DNA of 64,000 nt, taken from the NCBI GenBank assembly GCA_036522035.1, contig DATDGP010000220.1, positions 19,407-83,406 on the forward strand, in the 5' to 3' direction. A program made the translations under genes and the position numbers. The notes below the pieces were generated by a model that searched no databases, had not been told where the DNA came from, and was given only the letters and a program-made list of their open reading frames with translations. This document shows positions 9,994 through 18,800 of this stretch, piece after piece. Within the stretch, counting starts at the first letter, position 1. The number at the start of each line of letters is the position of its first letter. The stretch comes from Terriglobales bacterium (GTDB taxonomy: Bacteria; Acidobacteriota; Terriglobia; Terriglobales; Acidobacteriaceae).

Positions 9994-10734
9994 ATGGCAG
10001 ACGCGGTCCTGGAAGTTTTTCGTGGCAATCAGGAAGCCGGAAGTACGCAGCAGTACACCGTCCCGGTAGCGCCGGGGATGGTCGTGCTGGACGCGCTGCA
10101 CTACGTCCAGGCGCACCAGCAACCTGACCTCGCTTTACGGTGGAACTGCAAAGCGGGCAAGTGCGGCTCGTGCTCGGCGGAAGTCAACGGACGTCCCCGG
10201 CTTACCTGCAAGACCCGCATGGACTCGCTGCCCCAAGATAAACCCATCACCATCCGTCCGCTCAAAAGCTTTCCCGTGATCAAGGACCTGGTCACCGATG
10301 TCTCCTGGAATTACAAAGTTAACAAGACGATACCGCCATTTACGCCCAAGCCGGGTGTGGAATGGAAAATGTACCAGGAAGACGTGGACCGGGTGCAGGA
10401 ATTCCGCAAGTGTATCGAGTGCTTCCTGTGTCAGAATGTCTGTCACGTGCTGCGCGACCACGACAAGAAGCAGGAGTTCGGCGGACCGCGCTATTTCGTA
10501 CGCGTGGCCGGCCTGGAGATGCACCCGCTCGACAACGTCTCTCGCACCGCTCTGCTCAAGAATGAGCTCGGCATTGGCTACTGCAACATCACCAAATGCT
10601 GCACTGAAGTTTGTCCGGAAGAGATTCACATCACCGACAACGCCATCATTCCCCTGAAAGAGCGCGTGATTGACGAATACTACGATCCGGTCCTGATGCT
10701 GGTGAAGAAGATTTTCCGAGCGAAAACGGAATAG
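9994..10734 (+). CDS. sdhB: Succinate dehydrogenase/fumarate reductase iron-sulfur subunit
   Basis: The ATG at 9994 is preceded by AGGGAGG. Cys clusters are present (CKAGKCGSCSAEVNG, CIECFLCQNVC, CNITKCCTEVCP). Confidence 0.95.
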   Translation: MADAVLEVFRGNQEAGSTQQYTVPVAPGMVVLDALHYVQAHQQPDLALRWNCKAGKCGSCSAEVNGRPRLTCKTRMDSLPQDKPITIRPLKSFPVIKDLVTDVSWNYKVNKTIPPFTPKPGVEWKMYQEDVDRVQEFRKCIECFLCQNVCHVLRDHDKKQEFGGPRYFVRVAGLEMHPLDNVSRTALLKNELGIGYCNITKCCTEVCPEEIHITDNAIIPLKERVIDEYYDPVLMLVKKIFRAKTE

Positions 10735-10746
10735 AATTAGAGCCGT

Positions 10747-11265
10747 ATGGATCGCGCGTTCAAATCCATCTCCAAGAGCGGGATCCCTGGGGCCTTGGCT
10801 AAGGTCCAGCACTACCGTTATCTCAACCAGTCGGAAGAAGCCGAATCGATCTGTCGCGACATTCTAGCCGTCGATCCCGACAACCAGATGGCGCTGCGCC
10901 TACTGGGCCTGTCCATCACAGATCAGTTCCGGGGAGCACCAGCGGACCACCGACAGGAAGCCGAGGACTGCTTCGAGAAACTTACCAGTCCTTACGAACG
11001 CTGGTACTACCTGGGCATCTTTCACGAACGCCGTGCTAAAGCCCAGATGCGCGCCGGCCACTTGCCGCATAGCCTCATCGCGAGCTTCGAGAGAGCTATG
11101 CAGTGCTTCGAGGAGGCGGAAAAGGTTCGTCCCCAGAACAACGACGATGCTCTGCTGCGCTGGAACCGCTGCCTGCGGTTGGTACAGGGCATTCCCGAAC
11201 TGTCGCGAGACAGCGAATCGACCGACCTCGAGATCCACGATACGCCGCCCATCTATCGTGATTGA
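10747..11265 (+). CDS. Hypothetical helical-repeat (TPR-like) protein
   Basis: 172-aa ORF starting 12 nt after the sdhB stop. It is predicted to be alpha-helical (AESICRDILAVDPDNQMALRLLGLSI, ERAMQCFEEAEKVRP). I could not assign a family. Confidence 0.55.
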   Translation: MDRAFKSISKSGIPGALAKVQHYRYLNQSEEAESICRDILAVDPDNQMALRLLGLSITDQFRGAPADHRQEAEDCFEKLTSPYERWYYLGIFHERRAKAQMRAGHLPHSLIASFERAMQCFEEAEKVRPQNNDDALLRWNRCLRLVQGIPELSRDSESTDLEIHDTPPIYRD

Positions 11266-11801
11266 AGGACATCAGCCTCCCCCGCTCCCAGCACCCTCAC
11301 CTTCCAGCGATCCTCGGCTCCTGTCATGACCACATAGAAACGAACCTGGGCGCGGTCAGAGTGGATCACGGTATTGCCTTCGAGAATCTCGGCATCGAGG
11401 GTAGCCGTGTCGCGCAGCTCGATGGCGGCGCCGTCCGTTGAATAAAAGAGAGCTTCGAGCTTGTGGCCGCGATCGACAATGCGGGTCTTTAAACCGGCTT
11501 GCTGCTGGTCCTGAATGCGATGCAAGAGGTTGTCCTGAGCGAAGCCGACGAAGTTATCGCTCAGCGCCCCGGCGTTGTTGTTATTCAAAGCCGAGACCAA
11601 CGCCTGCCAGGCAGAAGCGTAGTCGCGCATAATGGCTTGTTGCACCGTGTCGTCAACCTCGCGCGGAGTAGCCTGGTCCACGCTGAGTTGGACGGAAGGC
11701 TTGGAATCGGCATGGGTGCGCTCCAGAAAGACGAGGGTGCTGACCGCGAACATCGTGAGCGCGATAGCGATATTGACTGCGCGACGAGGAGAAGTTTTCA
11801 T
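11253..11801 (-). CDS. Membrane-anchored/exported hypothetical protein, NTF2/Tim44-like fold suspected
   Basis: ORF 11253..11993(-). The ATG at 11801 gives MKTSPRRAVNIAIALTMFAVSTLVFL (signal anchor) and overlaps the upstream stop as ATGA (11798-11801). It is the last gene of the four-gene operon. Confidence 0.6.
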   Translation of the reverse strand: MKTSPRRAVNIAIALTMFAVSTLVFLERTHADSKPSVQLSVDQATPREVDDTVQQAIMRDYASAWQALVSALNNNNAGALSDNFVGFAQDNLLHRIQDQQQAGLKTRIVDRGHKLEALFYSTDGAAIELRDTATLDAEILEGNTVIHSDRAQVRFYVVMTGAEDRWKVRVLGAGEADVLQSR

Positions 11802-12667
11802 TGCCCGCTCCCTACATGTAGCTCGTTCCCCAGCACCACGCCGGACGCCACAGTGATCAAGGCGTTCGACGCCGGAGGTAATCCGGCGCGCGCGATGCCT
11901 CGCTTGATCCGGGCGTCCACCGTGCTTCTCCCCGAAGAGTCGGTTTGCGTGAAGGTCACGATCGTGCCATCTGGAACCGGGTTTCCGGTGCAATCGCGAA
12001 TGGGATCGGTCTCAACCACGGTCGCGTTGTTGTTTCTTTCGACCACGCGCATGCGCAGATTGCAAGGATCGGAGGCCACTTGCTGCACCACGCGCCGGAC
12101 CGAAACATCGCTGGTGGCAGCTACAAATTGGGCTGCTCCGGCCTTGCGCGCCGACGAACTGCTGATCCAAGCCACACCGTTTTTACTGGTGACGCTCTGC
12201 GAAGCCCCGGTTCCTTCCACCGACAGGCTGAACTTGACTGGCGTCGGTTGCAACACTAGGTTCTCGTACTGGTCGAAGACGAAGGCAATGCCGCTGATCG
12301 CCCCAGGACGCGCGACAGGCACGCGCGAGGGCCGGGCCAGGAAGCTGAGGTTTTCAGGGCGTCCCGGCCGAACGAAAAAAACCTGCGAAGAGGAATTGCC
12401 GCCTTCGCGAAGGATAGCTACCCAGCGGCCGGCGCTGCGCAGTTCTTCAGCCTTGATCTGAATCTCGGCGCCCAAACGTATCTGGCGCTTCAAGACCTGC
12501 GACGGACCCACGAGGTAGACCGTGGCTTCGCCATCGCCGCTCGTGGCGATCGTCAGCCGCTGGCCGGCGACTGCACTTCCCGGCAATCGCAATTCGCCCG
12601 CTCGGGCACTAGCTGAAGCGAGCAGACACGATAGGGACATCAACACGAGGAATCGAGGATTGCGCAT
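11798..12667 (-). CDS. Secreted hypothetical protein with Ig-like (Big-type) beta domains
   Basis: 289 aa with a signal peptide (MRNPRFLVLMSLSCLLASASARA). The remainder is beta-rich and repetitive. Confidence 0.6.
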   Translation of the reverse strand: MRNPRFLVLMSLSCLLASASARAGELRLPGSAVAGQRLTIATSGDGEATVYLVGPSQVLKRQIRLGAEIQIKAEELRSAGRWVAILREGGNSSSQVFFVRPGRPENLSFLARPSRVPVARPGAISGIAFVFDQYENLVLQPTPVKFSLSVEGTGASQSVTSKNGVAWISSSSARKAGAAQFVAATSDVSVRRVVQQVASDPCNLRMRVVERNNNATVVETDPIRDCTGNPVPDGTIVTFTQTDSSGRSTVDARIKRGIARAGLPPASNALITVASGVVLGNELHVGSGQ

Positions 12668-12676
12668 TAATGGTCC

Positions 12677-13777
12677 TTAGTCGTCACGGCTGCGGCTGAA
12701 CTCATTCACGGTGACTCGATAGGTGTGAACGTTCGCGGCCAGATCCTCGCGCAGATCTACGGCGAAGGGCTGGGCCGTCTGTGGTAGCAGCGCGTGGTCG
12801 ACGTAGCCGTCGGAAACCCAGATCACTTTGCCCGACGCGTCATAGAAAGTCGCCAGCACGTGAGGGATATTTACGATCTGGCCGCTCTCGTTGAGCAGTT
12901 CTCCGCGCAGCACGGTGCGGCCCTTGGCGTCTTTCTCGACGCGCTGATGGAGCACGGCGATCACCGGGTCGGCCGCGGCGGGCACCAGCATGGAATCCGG
13001 TTTTAGACGCACCGACTTCATCGCCGCCAGTGTCATCTTCGGAAAATCGATGCGGTAGGGAGAAATTTCTTTGGGCAGCAGCACGTGCGAAGTCTTGTCG
13101 AAGCTGGTCTCTTCGGCCGCTTCCTGGCCGCTCTTGTCGATCAACGTCGCGCTTACGGAGACGAAGGCTGGAACCGTGTCCTCGTTCTCGATTTCGCCCA
13201 TGATGATGATGCCGTCGGCCTGCTGGGTGGGATTCATCGATAAGATACGAACGCGCGGGTTCTCGGCGTTCTGTGCGCCCCAATCGTCGCCTGCACCGCG
13301 ATAGATGATGTCCCAGCGCAGATAGTTCACGGGAATCACCTGGGGCGGGACCGCCACGTCTTTCTCCCCGATCCAGAATACTTTCCACGCGCTGTCTTCC
13401 TTTACGACCTTCAGATCGCGGGTGTCATAGAAAGCGCCAACCGCGGTTGAGTACTTGAGTTCGGTGCGCACCAGGGCTTCGTTGTCGTCCTCGTGTAGGA
13501 CTCGCGTCGTGACGGTCTCGAGTTGCGAGTAGGTGCGCAGGCTACTGTTGCGGCCTTGGAGATCGCGCATGAACCCACCGAGATCGGTCTTGCTCGCTTC
13601 GGCGATGTAGGTATCCGCCGCTTTCCAATCACGCGCCTTGACATCGGCAAACATGGCTTGCACTGCGCCTTCCGGGGTGGACGCCGGCGCAGTCGAACTC
13701 GTATGCACGGCGCCGATGGCGATCAGTCCCGCTGTAAGCGCCAGAAAGATGATGGGAAGAAACAAGCGGCTTATCAT
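12677..13777 (-). CDS. Membrane-anchored hypothetical protein; NTF2-like N-domain plus two FxLYD-like beta-sandwich repeats
   Basis: 366 aa with an N-terminal TM segment (MISRLFLPIIFLALTAGLIAIGAV). Two similar modules end in ...VSVSATLIDKSGQ and ...HVLATFYDASGKVIWV, resembling FxLYD domains. The start overlaps the upstream stop (ATGA, 13774-13777). Confidence 0.6.
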   Translation of the reverse strand: MISRLFLPIIFLALTAGLIAIGAVHTSSTAPASTPEGAVQAMFADVKARDWKAADTYIAEASKTDLGGFMRDLQGRNSSLRTYSQLETVTTRVLHEDDNEALVRTELKYSTAVGAFYDTRDLKVVKEDSAWKVFWIGEKDVAVPPQVIPVNYLRWDIIYRGAGDDWGAQNAENPRVRILSMNPTQQADGIIIMGEIENEDTVPAFVSVSATLIDKSGQEAAEETSFDKTSHVLLPKEISPYRIDFPKMTLAAMKSVRLKPDSMLVPAAADPVIAVLHQRVEKDAKGRTVLRGELLNESGQIVNIPHVLATFYDASGKVIWVSDGYVDHALLPQTAQPFAVDLREDLAANVHTYRVTVNEFSRSRDD

Positions 13778-15543
13778 CCTTGTACCTCCAGGACCGGCTC
13801 CGGCCCGGCGATCGAGGGGATCTCCATGATCTCCGCGACAGTGCGGCGGTCACGCAGGGCGATCACCAAGAACAACGCCAGCACGCTGCTGCCGAGGGGC
13901 AAAGTTCCCCAGAGGAATCCCTGGAACGGGGTTGGCGGAGTGCCGAACTCGATCTTGTGCGCCGGAGGAATTCCGTCCTTTACCCACAGGCTCACGTTGC
14001 CGTGGTCGTAGGTCTCCTGTTTACGCCAGCCGGCAAAGGCCAACAGCGGCTCGTAGTAGGGATCGCGGACGAAGATCCACTTCAGACCATAGTGGTCGGC
14101 GTGTTTGAGAACGGCGCGCAGTGACTCCATGCCGTTCGTCCCGTAGAACTTCGAGTTCGTGAGTTGCGCCGAGCCGTACTCGGTCATTTCCGGCAGCAAG
14201 CGCGCCGAGTTGTATTCTCCGTCGACGCTCGATGCATCGGCGTAAGCGCCGACCTCGGAAATCTTGCTGCCGAAGCCGAGAGTGAGATAACGGTATTTGT
14301 CATGACCGTCGCGATTCAGAAAAGAGATGACTTCGCCGGTGCTAAAGGTGAGGTCGTGCATAGGGTGATAGATCGGCCAGGCGACGGCCATGGCCATGGT
14401 TGCTCCGCCAAGGGCGCAGAGGCTGAGGATAGCCTTCTGTCCGTAACGATCGATCAGCGTCACCGCCAGCAGCCCGACAATGGGCAGGGCCATCACGCTG
14501 GCATAAAAGCTGAAGCGCTCGTAGGTAAGGACCTCAAAAGCGCGGCCCAAGAGAATCCGCGGCAAGGGCGTGGTGCCGCCCATGGCGAAGATCATGGTTA
14601 GCCAGAAGCTTAAGAAAAGCGCGCGCAGACGTGGCTCACGAAGGCCTTTAATGAAAATGTAAGGCAATGCCAGGATCAGCGCGCCCCAGGGAATGATGAA
14701 GTAGTTCAGCGCCCAAATGGGTTCCAAGAAATAGTTATTCCGGCTGGCATGCGGGATCGGCATCTGCTTGATAGGGTTGTGATACAAAGCAATCCAGTAG
14801 GGATAGAGCACAATCCCGATGCCGGCAATCGCCAGTAGCCCAAAGACGACTGTGCGACTGAGGACGCCGTTCAAGCTGGCATCAACTCCATCGCGCTTTC
14901 GGTCCATGATCGCGGTCACCAGAACCGGAAGTGTAAATAGGACGCTCACAAACAGCAGAGTTACGTGATGCGCGGCGGCCGCAGCGAAGGTCAACATCAG
15001 GCCCTTCAGCAGCGAACGCCCCTTGTTCTCTCGCGCCCATTCGTAATAGTAGGGGAGCGCGTTCAGGTATAACGGGACGGCCCAGGTCGTTGAAATCTGA
15101 CCCGCCTGATAAACGAGAAATGAAAGCGAACCGATCAGGACGCTGCCCAGTGCGGCGTAACTGGCTGCACGTTCGCTCACCCATATTCGCGCATAGCGGT
15201 ATACCCCGATCGGCAAGAGCACGATAGCGATGAACTGCACAAACATGTAGGCCAAGCGCAAACCCATGACCTTAGAGAACAACGCAATCCATTGCTGTTC
15301 TAAGGGCGGGTAGGTGGTCTGGGAAAACCCGGTAAACCATTTTTCATTCCAGGGATTAAACCAGTGCTGGGCGTAGTGGGCGGCAAAGAATTGGTGAAAG
15401 TGCCCATCGTAGGAGTCATTAGGAAGTTGCATCAACAGCAGAGGCCCGTGAACCAGCAGGGCAAGCAACAGAATCCAGCTCAACGGAACCGGCCGGCTGA
15501 AGGCAGGGAACTGCCTCCCGGAAGAGAGGGAAGTGGAGCTCAT
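13774..15543 (-). CDS. Large polytopic membrane protein, putative GT-C-fold glycosyltransferase (ArnT/PMT-like)
   Basis: ORF 13774..15588(-). The ATG at 15543 has a GGAGG upstream. There are more than 10 hydrophobic segments with an aromatic-rich N-terminal loop, plus a soluble domain near the C-terminus. This is the general architecture of lipid-linked-sugar-dependent GT-C enzymes. The family is not confirmed. Confidence 0.55.
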   Translation of the reverse strand: MSSTSLSSGRQFPAFSRPVPLSWILLLALLVHGPLLLMQLPNDSYDGHFHQFFAAHYAQHWFNPWNEKWFTGFSQTTYPPLEQQWIALFSKVMGLRLAYMFVQFIAIVLLPIGVYRYARIWVSERAASYAALGSVLIGSLSFLVYQAGQISTTWAVPLYLNALPYYYEWARENKGRSLLKGLMLTFAAAAAHHVTLLFVSVLFTLPVLVTAIMDRKRDGVDASLNGVLSRTVVFGLLAIAGIGIVLYPYWIALYHNPIKQMPIPHASRNNYFLEPIWALNYFIIPWGALILALPYIFIKGLREPRLRALFLSFWLTMIFAMGGTTPLPRILLGRAFEVLTYERFSFYASVMALPIVGLLAVTLIDRYGQKAILSLCALGGATMAMAVAWPIYHPMHDLTFSTGEVISFLNRDGHDKYRYLTLGFGSKISEVGAYADASSVDGEYNSARLLPEMTEYGSAQLTNSKFYGTNGMESLRAVLKHADHYGLKWIFVRDPYYEPLLAFAGWRKQETYDHGNVSLWVKDGIPPAHKIEFGTPPTPFQGFLWGTLPLGSSVLALFLVIALRDRRTVAEIMEIPSIAGPEPVLEVQG

Positions 15544-15845
15544 GGGGAAACCTCCGAAAGTGCACCTGCGGTGAAAAACAAGATGCAACGGTTGAGCAGC
15601 AGTGTTGCTTCCGGAGAAGTTCGATTCCTAAAGACGTGCTCGGGTTTGCCTAGTGGCATCCAGATTCTCTTTCCGTGGTGTGCGTGCACCAGTGTTCCCG
15701 CGCCCGGCAATCCCGCAGCTCACAATCGGCATCTCCACTTAGGATAGGAACAGAGTTGCTGCCGCTGCGCTGCAGCTCATGTGTTTCTCTAGGAAAGCGC
15801 GGCCGGAACCTTCGTGGTTTTTCCTCCGCACAGAATCTGACAACG

Positions 15846-18800
15846 GTGGTCGTGGTGACGAAAAGCCTATTGGGTGCGGCTCTCTTTTGTCCTCTGTCCC
15901 TGGTCAGTCTCGGTTGGGCACAGACTTTTGAGTTGGGCGGACAGCCGTCTGCGTCCACGCAAAGAAAGCCGCCGGACAAGCAGAACAACAAAGCTTCGGC
16001 TTCCGGCGACGTCTCTGCCAACCAGAACGGTCTGGGATGGGGCAGCAGTATTGACGTAGGACGCAACCAGCGCGCCGCTGAGGACGCCTTGAAGAAGGGC
16101 AGCTACGCCGCCGCAATGAACTTTGCCGAGCGCGTGACTCAGTCGGCACCGAACAATCCCAGGAACTGGTTTTTGCTGGGCTACACAGCTCGCCTCGCGG
16201 GCAAATACCAGGTTTCCCAGGACGCCTACGCCCGCGGCCTGGCCAAAGATCCTAAGTCCATCGAAGGTCTCTCGGGCTCCGCGCAGACTTACATGCGCAT
16301 GGGCAACAATGACGAGGCCAAACGCCTTCTCTTGCGGGTGATTGCCGCCAACCCGCGCCGTCCCATCGACCTGGCCCTGGCCGGCGAAATTTTTCTGCAG
16401 ACCGGAGACCCAGCGCAAGCTACGCCGCTGTTGGAACGGTCGGAGGCGATACAGCCCACGGCGCACGCCGAGGTACTACTGGCTATCGCTTACATGAAAC
16501 AGAAGCAGACCGACAAGGCCAAGCAGCTTCTGGATCGCGCCATGAAACGTAACCCGGACAACACCGATGTCTTTCGCGCCGTTGCCCAGTTTTATCGCGA
16601 TAGCCGCGATTACAAAGCCGCCATCGAAATCCTCCAGCGGGTCCCACGCAAGACTGCCGACATCCACTCGGAGATCGGCTACACCTACGAGCTCGCCGGG
16701 ATGAAGAAAGAATCGGCGGGTGCCTACGAGCAAGCGGCGGCCATGGCGCCACAATCGGTTACCATCCAGCTAGGTGCAGCCCAGGCGGTCATGCGCAACG
16801 GCGACCTCGACAAAGCTCGTACTTACCTGGCGCGCGCGGCGCAGCTTGACGCAAATCACTACCGCCTGCACGCTACTCGCGGCGATCTTGCGATGCTGGA
16901 ACGCCGCGACTCTGAAGCCGCTGAGGAGTATCTCGCGGCGCTGGCAGCGATGCCGGAGAGTCCCGCCGAGGGCGTACTCTATCCCCCTCAGCTTCGCTTG
17001 AATCTGATCGAGAGCTACAGAAACCTGGACGACCAGAACGCGATCCAACAGCAACTCGCGCTGGCGGAAAAGGAGATGGCAGGCATCCACATGGAGGGCC
17101 TGGAGCGGGTGGAGTATCTGCGCGTCCGGGCAGCGATCCGCGGCCTGGGGAACGATTTCGCCGGCGCCGAAGCCGACCTGAAAGAGGCTCTCGCTCTCCA
17201 GCCTGACAACGACAAGGTCTTGCTGCAGTACGGTAGCCTGCTTTGGAAGACCGACCGCAAGCAGGAAGCGGTGAAGGTCTATACCACTCTGCTTGAGCAT
17301 GATGACAAGAACCGTTACGCGCTCGAGGGCATGGGCTACCTTTCGCGCGACCTGGGCGACAATAAGGCCGCGGAAGCCTACTTCACGCGCATGGCCGAAG
17401 CCTATCCCAATGACTACGTGCCTTACGTAGCGCTCGGCGATCTCTACACCTCACTGCAAGTGTTCGACAAAGCCGAGGACAATTATGAGAAGGCCTACAA
17501 ACTGGCGCCGACCAACACGCAGATCATCGCCGGGGGCTCGAACGCCGCCATTGATGCCCATCAGGTAGATCTCGCGGGCGATTGGGTTGCTCGCGCGACC
17601 GGGGTGATGAAGAATGATCCCCGTATCATGCGGGAGACCGAACGTTATCTCTTCCTCAAGGGCAAGTACGCGGAATCGGCGAGACTGGGCGAACAGGCCA
17701 TGCAGAAACTACCGCACGATCGTGACGCCGCCGTCTACCTGGCCTACGATTACTACAATCTGGGACGCTACGACGAGACTCTAGCGCTGGTCAGTCGTTA
17801 TGAAACCATCCTGCCTAAAGAGCCGAACTTCCCACTACTCGCCGGCCACGTCCACCGGGAAAACCAGCTACTGCAGCAGGCGATTGACGATTTCACGCGA
17901 ACTCTCGAAAAAGATCCCCAGATGGTCGAAGCCCGCGTCAACCGCGGATACGCACGCAATGATATGCAGGACGCTCTGGGCGCGATCCGCGATTTTGAGC
18001 CCGTTCTCAAAGCCAATCCGGATAACGGCATCGCTCATCTGGGCATGGCTTATTCCAACCTGCAGTTGCATCATGCACGCGAGGCTCTGACGGAGACCGA
18101 CAAGGCGGAGAAACTGCTCGGCGAGTCAGGCCCCACGCACATGGCACGGGCGACCGCCTATCGACAGATGCGCGCGTTGTCGAATGCCGAGACCGAATAC
18201 CGGCTTGCGCTCAAGTACTCGCCCGACGATCTGAAGATCCGCTCGGCGCTAGCCGACACGCTCTACCATGCTCGCCGCTACAGCCTGGCCATCACTGAGT
18301 TGGAGGCGGCGCTGCAGCTCTCGCCCGACGATCCGCTGATCTACGCCAACCTAGCCGCCGCACACTCGCAACTGGACCAACGCGCGGAGACCTTGAAGTA
18401 CGTTGAACTCGCGGAACGCGAGGGCGCCGACCAGTCGGCCATTCTGCTGGCCACCGGCGACGCGCTCATGAACCTGGGCGACCACAGCGCAGCCATGGAG
18501 CGATTCGCCCGCGCTCTCGACGCTCCGGACGCCAATCGCGTAGACGTCCGCCTGGAGTTCGCCAAGTTATTCGTTCGCGAAAGCAAGTACGAGCAGGCCA
18601 AACAGGAGGTTGCGCTGGCCTTCGCCGAGTCGCGCATCGGCGAGGCTTCTCCGCTGACCACCGACAACCTCGTAGAAGCTGCCAATGTCTTTTTGTCAGC
18701 CCACGACTTCGCGCTGGCCGAACGCTACTTCCGCAAAGCCCGCGATCTGGGTGCTTCCGACGACTCGGTCGCCATCGGGCTCGCCGACACTTTCATTGCT

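Noticed and set aside
11499-12461. 320-aa plus-strand ORF (and similar antisense ORFs at 56220..57122, 54762..55391 and 63333..63974)
   Set aside because: Each lies opposite a CDS with clear signals or motifs. None has a start context or a recognisable domain.
15675-15845. Upstream 57 codons of the giant TPR ORF (ATG at 15675)
   Set aside because: The translated extension (MVCVHQCSRARQSRSSQS...) is Cys/Arg/Ser-rich and precedes a good signal peptide that begins at the GTG cluster 15846-15855. It most likely represents 5' UTR within the divergent promoter region.
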